64,000 nucleotides of DNA from a virus (IMGVR_UViG_3300045988_125079:32001-96000); one strand, 5' to 3'; positions 26,687-34,234 are shown, counted from the first letter of the stretch. Notes: generated from the letters alone by a model not told the origin. Numbers and translations are program-made.

Positions 26687-26713
26687 ATTGTAGCCTCCTT
26701 ATATGTGTTACAT

Positions 26714-26968
26714 TTACAGCAAACTTCGACACGAAAACGGTGCAGCACCTTCAAGCATTCCGTCCGACCAGAGATAGTTTCCATCATCTATATCGAGAAT
26801 ATAAAATCCACTTTTGTATCCTACGATTTTAGTAGTCATCCCTTCATAACTCGACATATGTAAACCAAGTCCGCAGTAATTCCCAGGACACGGTCCAGAT
26901 ACCATTGGAAGATTTTTTACCGGAGATTCTATTTTGACTTTTTGTCCAATTTTATATTTGTAATTCAT
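26714..26968 (-). CDS. small beta-barrel-like protein with CxSLL-COOH tail (FSCRSLL)
   Basis: MNYKYKIGQKVKI...YLWSDGML...FSCRSLL. Start trimmed to the ATG aligned with paralogs. Confidence 0.7.
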   Translation of the reverse strand: MNYKYKIGQKVKIESPVKNLPMVSGPCPGNYCGLGLHMSSYEGMTTKIVGYKSGFYILDIDDGNYLWSDGMLEGAAPFSCRSLL

Positions 26969-27034
26969 ACTATACCTTTCTTTCACACTCTCTTCTAATT
27001 GGTTGGAGGCCAGAGAGGAGTTCAAAGCGAGAGG

Positions 27035-27282
27035 ATTTAATTTGATTGGCGAAGCGATAAATTAAATACGAACGATTTGAATCCGCGCGTCCGCCGAAGG
27101 ATCAAGGGCGACTCCAGCTTCGCTGGGTCGCCTGCGATCCGCAGGTCGGACCTGGCTGAATGCCAATGCGGGTGGAAGATCCCCGATGCGCTCCTCCCGG
27201 AGGGCGAGCGAGGGGATCGACATGCCTTACCATTATCTCAACAGTTGGAATCTCCAGCTGCCTAAATTTCATTTAGTATTCA
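27035..27282 (+). ncRNA. GC-rich structured element, copy A (unclassified family)
   Basis: Nested perfect helices: ATTTAATTT/AAATTAAAT, GGCGAC/GTCGCC, CCTGCG/CGCAGG, GATCCCC/GGGGATC. The 3' module has hairpin CAGTTGG-AATCT-CCAGCTG, hairpin CTAAAT-TTC-ATTTAG, then TATTCA. The G-U pair forms only in plus sense. Strand and RNA-versus-DNA nature are uncertain. Confidence 0.4.
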
Positions 27283-27299
27283 AGAGAGATCAAACAGTT

Positions 27300-27662
27300 T
27301 TACTTTTCAACAATAGAATCCGAATCATCTATTTCTTCTGACTCTTCATCGAGAGCGTCATCTAGTTCCAATAAATACTGATTCAAGGCGTCTCGGCCAG
27401 CCTCAAGCATTGCTCGATGGATTTCAGGTTCTGCATCCTTTAAAAGATCCCCACAAAGTGCAAGATCCTCAGCTTCAAACCCCGTAGATTCCATATCCTT
27501 GATGGCATCCGCGACATCTGAAGGGGCCCAAAATACCATAGCACGATGTTCGTCTTCATCGAGGACTTCAACATCGTCATTTACCACTGCTCTCACATAA
27601 TCAGCGACATTTTCAAGCAGCTCAGGTGGCACAGAACCGTCACGACACATAATTTCAATCAT
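27300..27662 (-). CDS. highly acidic small protein (120 aa; DNA-mimic/anti-defence candidate)
   Basis: Asp/Glu-rich throughout (for example LDDALDEESEEIDDSDS). Start at MIEIMCRDG with GGAGGA upstream. Immediately downstream of the RT. Confidence 0.6.
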   Translation of the reverse strand: MIEIMCRDGSVPPELLENVADYVRAVVNDDVEVLDEDEHRAMVFWAPSDVADAIKDMESTGFEAEDLALCGDLLKDAEPEIHRAMLEAGRDALNQYLLELDDALDEESEEIDDSDSIVEK

Positions 27663-27675
27663 AAATCCTCCTTTG

Positions 27676-28908
27676 TTATGCGGCATCTTTTGGACGAAGA
27701 TCGTCTTTAATCATAGCCATCACATCAACATGGTATTTGTTGTTGGCTTTTGAAATCAACGCTTTGATTTTGTCTTTTTCTACCATTTTATAATAGCTGA
27801 TAAGACCATTAAGCTCCTGAACGTCTTCAATTGTCCAAGGAGCATTTTCCTTTTTACAGCGGATATAGTTGGACATCATAATCTTGAATGTCTTGATGTT
27901 ACGCCATCCAACCGTGATTTCATTGTTCTGATTCCACATCAAGCCGAGCACCCAGTTTTTACTCGAATGACGATTGCCGTAATGAGTTTTTTCTTCATTC
28001 AGAGTAAATGGAGCATGGATATACGCCAGAATATTTTTGATTACATCCTGCATCTCCATATAGTCAAAACTCAAATAACAACTAATCGTGATATCATCCG
28101 CATATCTTGTATAAGTAAAATCACGAGTAATGCCATCTTTCATTTTGAAACCATGACGAATTTTTCGACTCAGCAAATGATCAAATGGAATCATCATGAC
28201 ATTCGTAAGCCAAGGACTCAAGGGGCTTCCCTGCGGTAATCCATTGCGAAGAAAAGCAATCTTTAATGCATCACTCAACGCTTCATGGCCGCCGAATGGA
28301 TCTTGCATGATAAGAGCGAACGGATAAATCACACTCAACATTCCCATAACAAACTCTGGATTAGAGCTGGGGAAAAATCCGTGAAAGTCGAATTTTACAG
28401 ACCAGTTATTTTCATAAATAACCTGCTCTTTTTCTCCTGTTGTCGGGTTCGTTTTAGTCCGCACATGCCCTTCCTGATGTTTTTTCACAGCAGTCAAAGT
28501 AGACCGATGCGGAACATAAGCATGTGCCGCAGTATGATAGTCTGCAAGCATAAAGCTTTTTAACAACGTTTGCAGTTCGTTCAATGCGTCACTAAGGATT
28601 TTGTCTGGAGCATCAATTGGCCGCATGCCACCTGTTTTTTTGGGAATTTCATAGTGAGTATAGTGAACAGACATATCCGGTTCAGATTCGAGCTGTTCGT
28701 ATTTCTTATTAAACGCTTCGAGTTCTCGAATCATTCGGTTAATATCTGTCATGGCTCTCAAACGTGGGGTAAGTTCGTCTCTACAAACAGTCACAGTCGA
28801 AGTAACATCTTCTCGATATTTCAATTTCTCAGACTCGATAATGCCTGCAAGAATCTCATCGATTGTGATCTGTCTCGTTTTAGGGGCTGCTTTGTATGTA
28901 ATATACAT
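27676..28908 (-). CDS. reverse transcriptase (retron/Abi/DRT-like, stand-alone RT domain)
   Basis: RT motifs KKTGGMRPIDAP (1), HAYVPHRS (2a), KFDFHGFFPS (3), GLPQGSPLSPWLTN (4), YTRYADDITIS (5) and KNWVLGL (7). No endonuclease, maturase or Cas domains. Confidence 0.85.
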   Translation of the reverse strand: MYITYKAAPKTRQITIDEILAGIIESEKLKYREDVTSTVTVCRDELTPRLRAMTDINRMIRELEAFNKKYEQLESEPDMSVHYTHYEIPKKTGGMRPIDAPDKILSDALNELQTLLKSFMLADYHTAAHAYVPHRSTLTAVKKHQEGHVRTKTNPTTGEKEQVIYENNWSVKFDFHGFFPSSNPEFVMGMLSVIYPFALIMQDPFGGHEALSDALKIAFLRNGLPQGSPLSPWLTNVMMIPFDHLLSRKIRHGFKMKDGITRDFTYTRYADDITISCYLSFDYMEMQDVIKNILAYIHAPFTLNEEKTHYGNRHSSKNWVLGLMWNQNNEITVGWRNIKTFKIMMSNYIRCKKENAPWTIEDVQELNGLISYYKMVEKDKIKALISKANNKYHVDVMAMIKDDLRPKDAA

Positions 28909-28929
28909 ATTATCTTCCTCTTATCGTGA

Positions 28930-29165
28930 TCTAAATAGGTCTCAGCTCATTCCAAGCCTGATCGCAGTGCGGATCTTGACTATGTTGTTGAGCGATACAT
29001 CGTAAAATTTCACCCTGCAGTGACGCTGATGACGTCGACTACCTGGAGGATGGCCGTTGCCTCCGCGGTACCTCCATGGCCATCGGCGGCTCGCGGGGCA
29101 CCTCCCTCGTTCTACCTTTGCGAACCAATCGGATCTCCGGTTGGACTGTGGTTAACAGTAATTCA
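28930..29165 (+). ncRNA. GC-rich structured element, copy B (same family as A and C)
   Basis: Helices GATGGCC/GGCCATC and CCGCG/CGCGG. The 3' module is CTACCTTTGCGAA, hairpin CCAATCGG-ATCT-CCGGTTGG, hairpin CTGT-GGTTA-ACAG, then TAATTCA. Confidence 0.4.
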
Positions 29166-29185
29166 TCACGATTTTATTTCAAATT

Positions 29186-29860
29186 TTAACTTGCAATAAC
29201 ACTATGCTGATAAGGATCAACAACAATCATCTTGTTGACTTTATTCTTCCCCATAGCAAATCCGATGAAATTCGTAACAGCCTGACAGCAGATTTCACGA
29301 ACTGTCGGAGCAAGTCCCTGAACAACGCCACATGCAGAAACGGGCGTACTTGCCGTGGCTTCTTCGTGAGTGAAATCCATAGAATTTTTGAGATTTTCCT
29401 TCATGGATTCATCCATCCAATCAGCCGCCCAACACTGAGCGTCGTAAAGACCGGTTCGGATATCAAACACGCCCTTAATATTGGGATTATATTTGTTCTT
29501 CTCCATGAAATCTTTTCGAATTTCAATGTTGTCAACAGCCAGGAAAACATATCCCTGAACCTGTTCACCATGCCAACCATTGGGTTTGATGATGATATCG
29601 TCCTTCGCGTCAGGATTAATCATGCAGATGAGATTTGCAACAGCTTCAACCTTCGGATGACCAATATCCTGCTGGAAAAACATTTGGTTCACGATATTCT
29701 TCGATTCAACGATGTCCATATCCCAAAGCGTAAAATTAGTGAGGCCGTATCGAGCCAACAGCTCAGCCACAGTCGAACCAACAGAACCACAGCCAATGAT
29801 ATGCACCTGGCCACGAATTTCTTTAGGATTGAAAATCATCTCAATCTTGCTCAGATTCAT
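29186..29860 (-). CDS. ThiF/MoeB/E1-like adenylyltransferase (short, no obvious catalytic-Cys domain)
   Basis: HIIGCGSVGSTVAELLARYGL is a Rossmann GxGxxG motif at the N-terminus. 224 aa. Confidence 0.75.
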   Translation of the reverse strand: MNLSKIEMIFNPKEIRGQVHIIGCGSVGSTVAELLARYGLTNFTLWDMDIVESKNIVNQMFFQQDIGHPKVEAVANLICMINPDAKDDIIIKPNGWHGEQVQGYVFLAVDNIEIRKDFMEKNKYNPNIKGVFDIRTGLYDAQCWAADWMDESMKENLKNSMDFTHEEATASTPVSACGVVQGLAPTVREICCQAVTNFIGFAMGKNKVNKMIVVDPYQHSVIAS

Positions 29861-29877
29861 TTGTTTATCCTTTCTTT

Positions 29878-30840
29878 TTAATCCTGAAATGCATCAATGT
29901 CGTTATAATACGGCCAGCAACTCGAATTACCGACTGCTTCCAATTCTTCAGGATGCTCTTCGTAATACTTGGCGAGATTGCTTTTTGCCGGCACTTTCGG
30001 AGCGGCGCTGCCAGTTACCGTCTTCTTCGACTCTTCTTTTTTTGTCCCGACCAACGGGGTTTTCGGGTACGTAACGGTGGAGCCGTATACCTTACTTGCA
30101 CCCGCGCCTCCTGCAGAATATCCTCCATTGCTTCCAATTGCGTTTGCGCTGTAATTGGTATTTCCGGTCCAATTCCCTGTCGCGCCATATACAGGTGTTG
30201 TGGCAATTTTGTTCTTAACAATCTGGTCTGCGTTTTCGAGAAATCGAGAAGAATCAAAATCACCAACGGTGACATTCACATCCTCTCCTTCATAGATAAC
30301 GTTTGCCTTCAGATCAATAACCCGAACATTATACTCACGCCGCTTGTTCCAAATCATAAAGATTTCATAGCTATCCATCGGCATAGTATCAACGAAACGC
30401 CACTGGTCTTCCATATCTGTAGCACTCGGGGTGACTCCCATATTGACATGAGAATGACCTTGAAAATGCAGACTGTTAAAATCCTCATCGGGCAGCTTCG
30501 CGTACCACATAGAATACTCTCCCCAATCGGTATTCACGGTCGCTCCCGTGACAGTCTGGGGATAAAGCAGAATCTTAGTAATCTGAAAGTGAGTATCATC
30601 GATTCGATTCACCGTGCCACACCACGCGACTTCGGACGAGAAGTGGTTAATCAGAGCGAACATCTGATGATATGCTTCGTAGGTGAAATTCACTGTGATT
30701 GCATTCTTCTGCTTTACTGCAGGAAATTCTGCGCTATATGTAAACTTATCACTGCGGATATAATTCATAGCCATCAGCTGTTCATAAAGCTTCTGTGCTG
30801 CGTTCTTTGCGTACTCCTGTGAAATCTTAATCGGCTTCAT
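29878..30840 (-). CDS. JAB/MPN (JAMM) metallopeptidase with Gly/Ser-rich C-terminal extension
   Basis: HFQGHSHVNMGVTPSATD matches HxH-x7-S-xx-D. A low-complexity tail follows. Confidence 0.75.
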   Translation of the reverse strand: MKPIKISQEYAKNAAQKLYEQLMAMNYIRSDKFTYSAEFPAVKQKNAITVNFTYEAYHQMFALINHFSSEVAWCGTVNRIDDTHFQITKILLYPQTVTGATVNTDWGEYSMWYAKLPDEDFNSLHFQGHSHVNMGVTPSATDMEDQWRFVDTMPMDSYEIFMIWNKRREYNVRVIDLKANVIYEGEDVNVTVGDFDSSRFLENADQIVKNKIATTPVYGATGNWTGNTNYSANAIGSNGGYSAGGAGASKVYGSTVTYPKTPLVGTKKEESKKTVTGSAAPKVPAKSNLAKYYEEHPEELEAVGNSSCWPYYNDIDAFQD

Positions 30841-30854
30841 TTATATCTCCCCTT

Positions 30855-32327
30855 TCAAGCAGCCGCCGTTTCCTTTTCTTTCTTTAAGATTTCGAACACC
30901 TCTGCGACTGTATAAAGATTACCAGCATCGTCCTCAAGATATTTCTTGGTAGAAATGGTTCGTTCATTGAACAGATCATGCATCAATTCGGAAACCACCG
31001 TAGAATCACCCCAGTTCAGGTAAGAACTGGAGCAGATAATAGTAGTAAGAGTCCCAATGAAATCATGATTCTGAGATAACGATTCAAAGGTCGCTTCATA
31101 GCCACCGTAGCAAGCATGGCGATCAATGTGCGGCTGACGGATACGATTTTCCATCATCTCCGGATGATCTTCCATATCACACTGAGTGACAACACGAACA
31201 CGATCATCAGAATTCACGCGCCATTCACAATATGTGCGGATCTTAAAGCGATGTTCTTTCCAAATAGCGCAGAAGAATTCTTTCGTTTCCTCAAAAGAGT
31301 ACGGGCTCTTCTGATAGATGTAGTTTCGTGCATCCCGTTTGTTCTCGACACTGTGCCGGAAAGCGCCTTCATCACAGTCATTCAAAAAGCCGGTGTAACC
31401 AACATACAGGTTGTCATCGCTCTTTCGGAGAAAGCTCAGAACTTTATTCGCTTTCAGATAATTTACAATAGCTGCCTCGTCTTCGTCTGTACAGCAAGCA
31501 CGATTACGAATTGCTTCAAGACGAATCTGCGCATCGTCCAGCTTGCTCCGATACTGGCGAATCTGATCGAAAGTATCCGTGATCCGACGTTCATAGCTGC
31601 GGATTTCTTCTTCTCCGCGACTAATAATCGAGTCATAATTGGCACTGCAGAATCCCTTCAGGCTTGCAGCCAATTTCTTTCCATAGAAATCGCCAGCGTC
31701 ATAGATCTTCTGCATGGCATCGCAGAACTTGGCATCCTCTTGATTGTATAAAAACTGGATAATGGCCTTTTCTTCTTCTGTAATCGGCACTTTCTTAAAG
31801 CACCAAGGAGTCAGACGGGGAAAACAACTCGCCGCCATATGCATAGCCTGCATAATTTTTTGACGGCCAACAAAGATGATAGTTCCCTTCTTTTTCTCAT
31901 TCTGGTAAACCGTTACATCACCAGCCTTATCAATGTACTGTGAGACATCATCAAGTTTCTTCCAGCCGAGCTTCTTATAATCCTCGTTATATTCTTCGCT
32001 CTTTTTCATGATTTCTGTAGCATTATCGGTATCGAGGATATTAACCAGAACACCATAACGGAAAGTCTTAAAAGGACTGTCTTCGTGAACAAACGTCTCT
32101 TTCGTCAGTTCGCTCTCCTCAGAGCTAAAATAACTCGTGATAACCTGCAACTGAATGCGGCCGCCGATCTCATTCATCGCCTTCAAACGTTCCTCGTTCA
32201 GAAACATTCTCATAACAGCCAGCAGCGTGTTGTCTTTCACTTCGGTATCGTTCTGAGAAAGGATATTCTGATAAGCATCGTCACACTCATTTGTGCCAAG
32301 CTTAACAATAATCGGGTTGAAAGCCAT
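30855..32327 (-). CDS. hypothetical protein (490 aa) in the ThiF-JAB cassette
   Basis: Long ORF. AGGAGGAAAAATT precedes the ATG. The segment QPHIDRHACYGG might be an E2-like His...Cys site, but this cannot be judged by eye. Confidence 0.7.
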   Translation of the reverse strand: MAFNPIIVKLGTNECDDAYQNILSQNDTEVKDNTLLAVMRMFLNEERLKAMNEIGGRIQLQVITSYFSSEESELTKETFVHEDSPFKTFRYGVLVNILDTDNATEIMKKSEEYNEDYKKLGWKKLDDVSQYIDKAGDVTVYQNEKKKGTIIFVGRQKIMQAMHMAASCFPRLTPWCFKKVPITEEEKAIIQFLYNQEDAKFCDAMQKIYDAGDFYGKKLAASLKGFCSANYDSIISRGEEEIRSYERRITDTFDQIRQYRSKLDDAQIRLEAIRNRACCTDEDEAAIVNYLKANKVLSFLRKSDDNLYVGYTGFLNDCDEGAFRHSVENKRDARNYIYQKSPYSFEETKEFFCAIWKEHRFKIRTYCEWRVNSDDRVRVVTQCDMEDHPEMMENRIRQPHIDRHACYGGYEATFESLSQNHDFIGTLTTIICSSSYLNWGDSTVVSELMHDLFNERTISTKKYLEDDAGNLYTVAEVFEILKKEKETAAA

Positions 32328-32378
32328 AATTTTTCCTCCTATATGTAATTTTTATTTCAGGAGCCCAGATACTGGACA

Positions 32379-32408
32379 TATATAAGGCAGACTTTAACCG
32401 GCCTGCCA
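32379..32408 (-). terminator. rho-independent terminator candidate after the 76-aa gene
   Basis: Minus-sense GGCAG-gccggttaaagt-CTGCC followed by TTATATAT. Confidence 0.45.
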
Positions 32409-32483
32409 GCGGCTGCAATGCTTAGAATATCGTTGTAACCAATAACGATTTACTTTTTATTTGCGATTCTTTTCGTTAATCGT

Positions 32484-32714
32484 TTAACGGGCGTTATCAT
32501 GCTTCGCGACGACCGTGATATAGCATGCATCACCGACGCCCAGAGCAGTCAGAGACATGTTCAGCTTGTCGGGGGTCAGGATCGTACCATCCAGAGTAGC
32601 CTGAGCAGCGCTGAAATCAACGCCATTCTCAGTCAGGATCTCACGGGGAGTCTTAGTAGAAGCAGCGGGAACGGTGTTACGGTTGCCATTGGTAACGAGA
32701 GTAACGAAAGTCAT
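32484..32714 (-). CDS. ThiS/MoaD-like beta-grasp (ubiquitin-like) protein lacking a Gly-Gly end
   Basis: VTLVTNGNRNTV...TPREIL...GVD...ATLDGTIL...LGVGDACYITVVAKHDNAR parallels the ThiS/MoaD pattern (vNGe..v...tv.eLl....vavNg.iv....L.dGD.veiv). GC-rich codons. Confidence 0.55.
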   Translation of the reverse strand: MTFVTLVTNGNRNTVPAASTKTPREILTENGVDFSAAQATLDGTILTPDKLNMSLTALGVGDACYITVVAKHDNAR

Positions 32715-32834
32715 AATATGTACCTCTTTCTAATTTGAAAAATATTTTGAAACGCCAATCAGCGAATCATCTTAATGAATGCCGGACGTATTGCGCTGGA
32801 ACATCCGGCGTGGAACCAATGCTCTGCTTAGCTC

Positions 32835-33272
32835 TTACTCAGCGTCAGCAGTGTGCTCAGGCTCGACCTCGTCATCGATGTTGATAGCTGCATTCATAGC
32901 GGCCTCATCAGCAGCGATGCTCTCCATTGCCGCATCAATCTGAGCCTCGATCTTCTCGCAGTTGACAATGGTCAGACCCAGATAGTCGCGAACCCATGCC
33001 TTGATGGCATCAGGAGTCTTCAGGTCGGCGGGCACCGGACGGCTCAGAACTGCAACCTTCTCACCGGTAACAGAATCGTTTGCAAACACGACACCGTTCT
33101 TGGAGATATCGTCCTTAGAATCGACCATCATGGCGCACACCGGAGTCTTGTCCTTGCCTTCGCCCTTGTACAGAACCAGAGCATCAGGACGGAACTTGGT
33201 GACCTTCTTCAGAGTCTCAACATTGAACTTGGAAGCGACGAACAGGGAATTGAACTTAACAGTTGCCTTCAT
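32835..33272 (-). CDS. hypothetical protein (145 aa, acidic C-terminus)
   Basis: ORF track. ATG start. GC-rich codon usage like the 76-aa gene. Confidence 0.65.
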   Translation of the reverse strand: MKATVKFNSLFVASKFNVETLKKVTKFRPDALVLYKGEGKDKTPVCAMMVDSKDDISKNGVVFANDSVTGEKVAVLSRPVPADLKTPDAIKAWVRDYLGLTIVNCEKIEAQIDAAMESIAADEAAMNAAINIDDEVEPEHTADAE

Positions 33273-33468
33273 AGTGTTTTCTCCTTTTTAATAAGAAAGT
33301 TTTTATGTAAACGAGCAATCACCCGTTTTACCTTGTTTGTAACAGCTCCTTCATATCATCCAGAGCCTCATCCCATGTGTCAGCAGATTGAATAAACTGG
33401 CCATTATCCGCTGACACGAGTTCATAATGGCCGTCAACATACTTGATATACATACTTTCCTCCTTATC

Positions 33469-33487
33469 AACTGTTATTATCTACCCT
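33469..33487 (-). promoter_or_regulatory. conserved 19-nt motif, copy 2
   Basis: CAACTGTTATTATCTACCC is identical to copy 1. Followed in plus-strand text by the inverted repeat TACCC-tttaaat-GGGTA. Confidence 0.5.
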
Positions 33488-33502
33488 TTAAATGGGTAAA
33501 AA

Positions 33503-33730
33503 TTATAATAGCGACTTGCAACAAATCTGATCGGAACATGGTTCCCATAGCCAATTAGGACACCATGAAATATGTATTTCACCATGTGAAAATGGATCGA
33601 TCATATCAACAATAATCTGTCCTTCTTCGTCAACAGCCACAATTTTCCCTCGCTTATGATAGTTGGTATCAGTGGCCGAGCATTCATTTCCAATTCTTAC
33701 CATCTGTCCGATACGAAATTTATATTCCAT
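33503..33730 (-). CDS. small protein with CxSLL-COOH tail (ICCKSLL)
   Basis: MEYKFRIGQMVRI...WLWEPCSDQICCKSLL. Confidence 0.7.
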   Translation of the reverse strand: MEYKFRIGQMVRIGNECSATDTNYHKRGKIVAVDEEGQIIVDMIDPFSHGEIHISWCPNWLWEPCSDQICCKSLL

Positions 33731-33739
33731 ATTTCCCCC

Positions 33740-33985
33740 TCATAGCAAAGACTTACATTCAAACGAAGGGCAGCGATCAAAATAGTCTGGTGATTTTCGC
33801 CATCGATACCCTTTCTTTAGCGGCGGATAACCAACAAGTGACACTTCATCTTCTAAAAGTTCCACAGTGAGTGTTCCATTAGGTGCAATGTCGACTACTT
33901 TGCCAAGTTTTCTTTGTGCCTCATCGCACCACATGTCATCAATATCAGTCGTTCTGACAAGATCCCCAATTTTAAATTTAGTCAT
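33740..33985 (-). CDS. small protein with CxSLL-COOH tail (FECKSLL)
   Basis: MTKFKIGDLVRT...DRCPSFECKSLL. Confidence 0.7.
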   Translation of the reverse strand: MTKFKIGDLVRTTDIDDMWCDEAQRKLGKVVDIAPNGTLTVELLEDEVSLVGYPPLKKGYRWRKSPDYFDRCPSFECKSLL

Positions 33986-33997
33986 CAGCTAATCCTC

Positions 33998-34234
33998 TCA
34001 CAACAACGATTTACAAACAAATGGCTTTGTTTTTACCTTCACCCAATTATCAGCAGTGAGCCACCATTCATAACCAGCCCCTACGTCTTCTCCGCTGCCG
34101 ATATCGGGCATTGCCTCAAGCATTTCAACAACGATATAGTCAACGTCTACTGCCTTCACGATTCCTTTCTTCCCGACATTCCCAGGAGCCCACATATGGG
34201 GAGCCGAAGCGACAATATCACCAACCTTAACCAT
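33998..34234 (-). CDS. small protein with CxSLL-COOH tail (FVCKSLL)
   Basis: MVKVGDIVAS...VKTKPFVCKSLL. Confidence 0.7.
   Translation of the reverse strand: MVKVGDIVASAPHMWAPGNVGKKGIVKAVDVDYIVVEMLEAMPDIGSGEDVGAGYEWWLTADNWVKVKTKPFVCKSLL

Noticed and set aside
21586-26968. Shufflon-like or cassette recombination using the conserved gene ends as recombinase sites
   Set aside because: The CxSLL ends are conserved only at the amino-acid level, with different Ser and Leu codons. There is no shared DNA core site for the adjacent tyrosine recombinase.
27077-27265. 62-aa plus-strand ORF (TTG start) inside GC-rich element A
   Set aside because: It is Arg/Pro/Gly-rich, as expected from translating GC-rich helices. 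It has no SD, and no equivalent ORF exists in copies B or C.
26714-29165. Diversity-generating retroelement (RT plus repeats near paralog arrays)
   Set aside because: The RT has LPQGSPLSP rather than the DGR-type motif 4. The related elements A, B and C are intergenic and do not overlap gene 3' ends as a VR would. No TR/VR pair with adenine-specific differences was seen.
27035-29165. Group II intron (RT flanked by structured RNA)
   Set aside because: The upstream structured segment is only about 240 nt. I found no domain V-like hairpin and no GUGYG/AY boundaries. The RT lacks X/maturase and En domains. The conserved wobble pairs favour the strand opposite to the RT.
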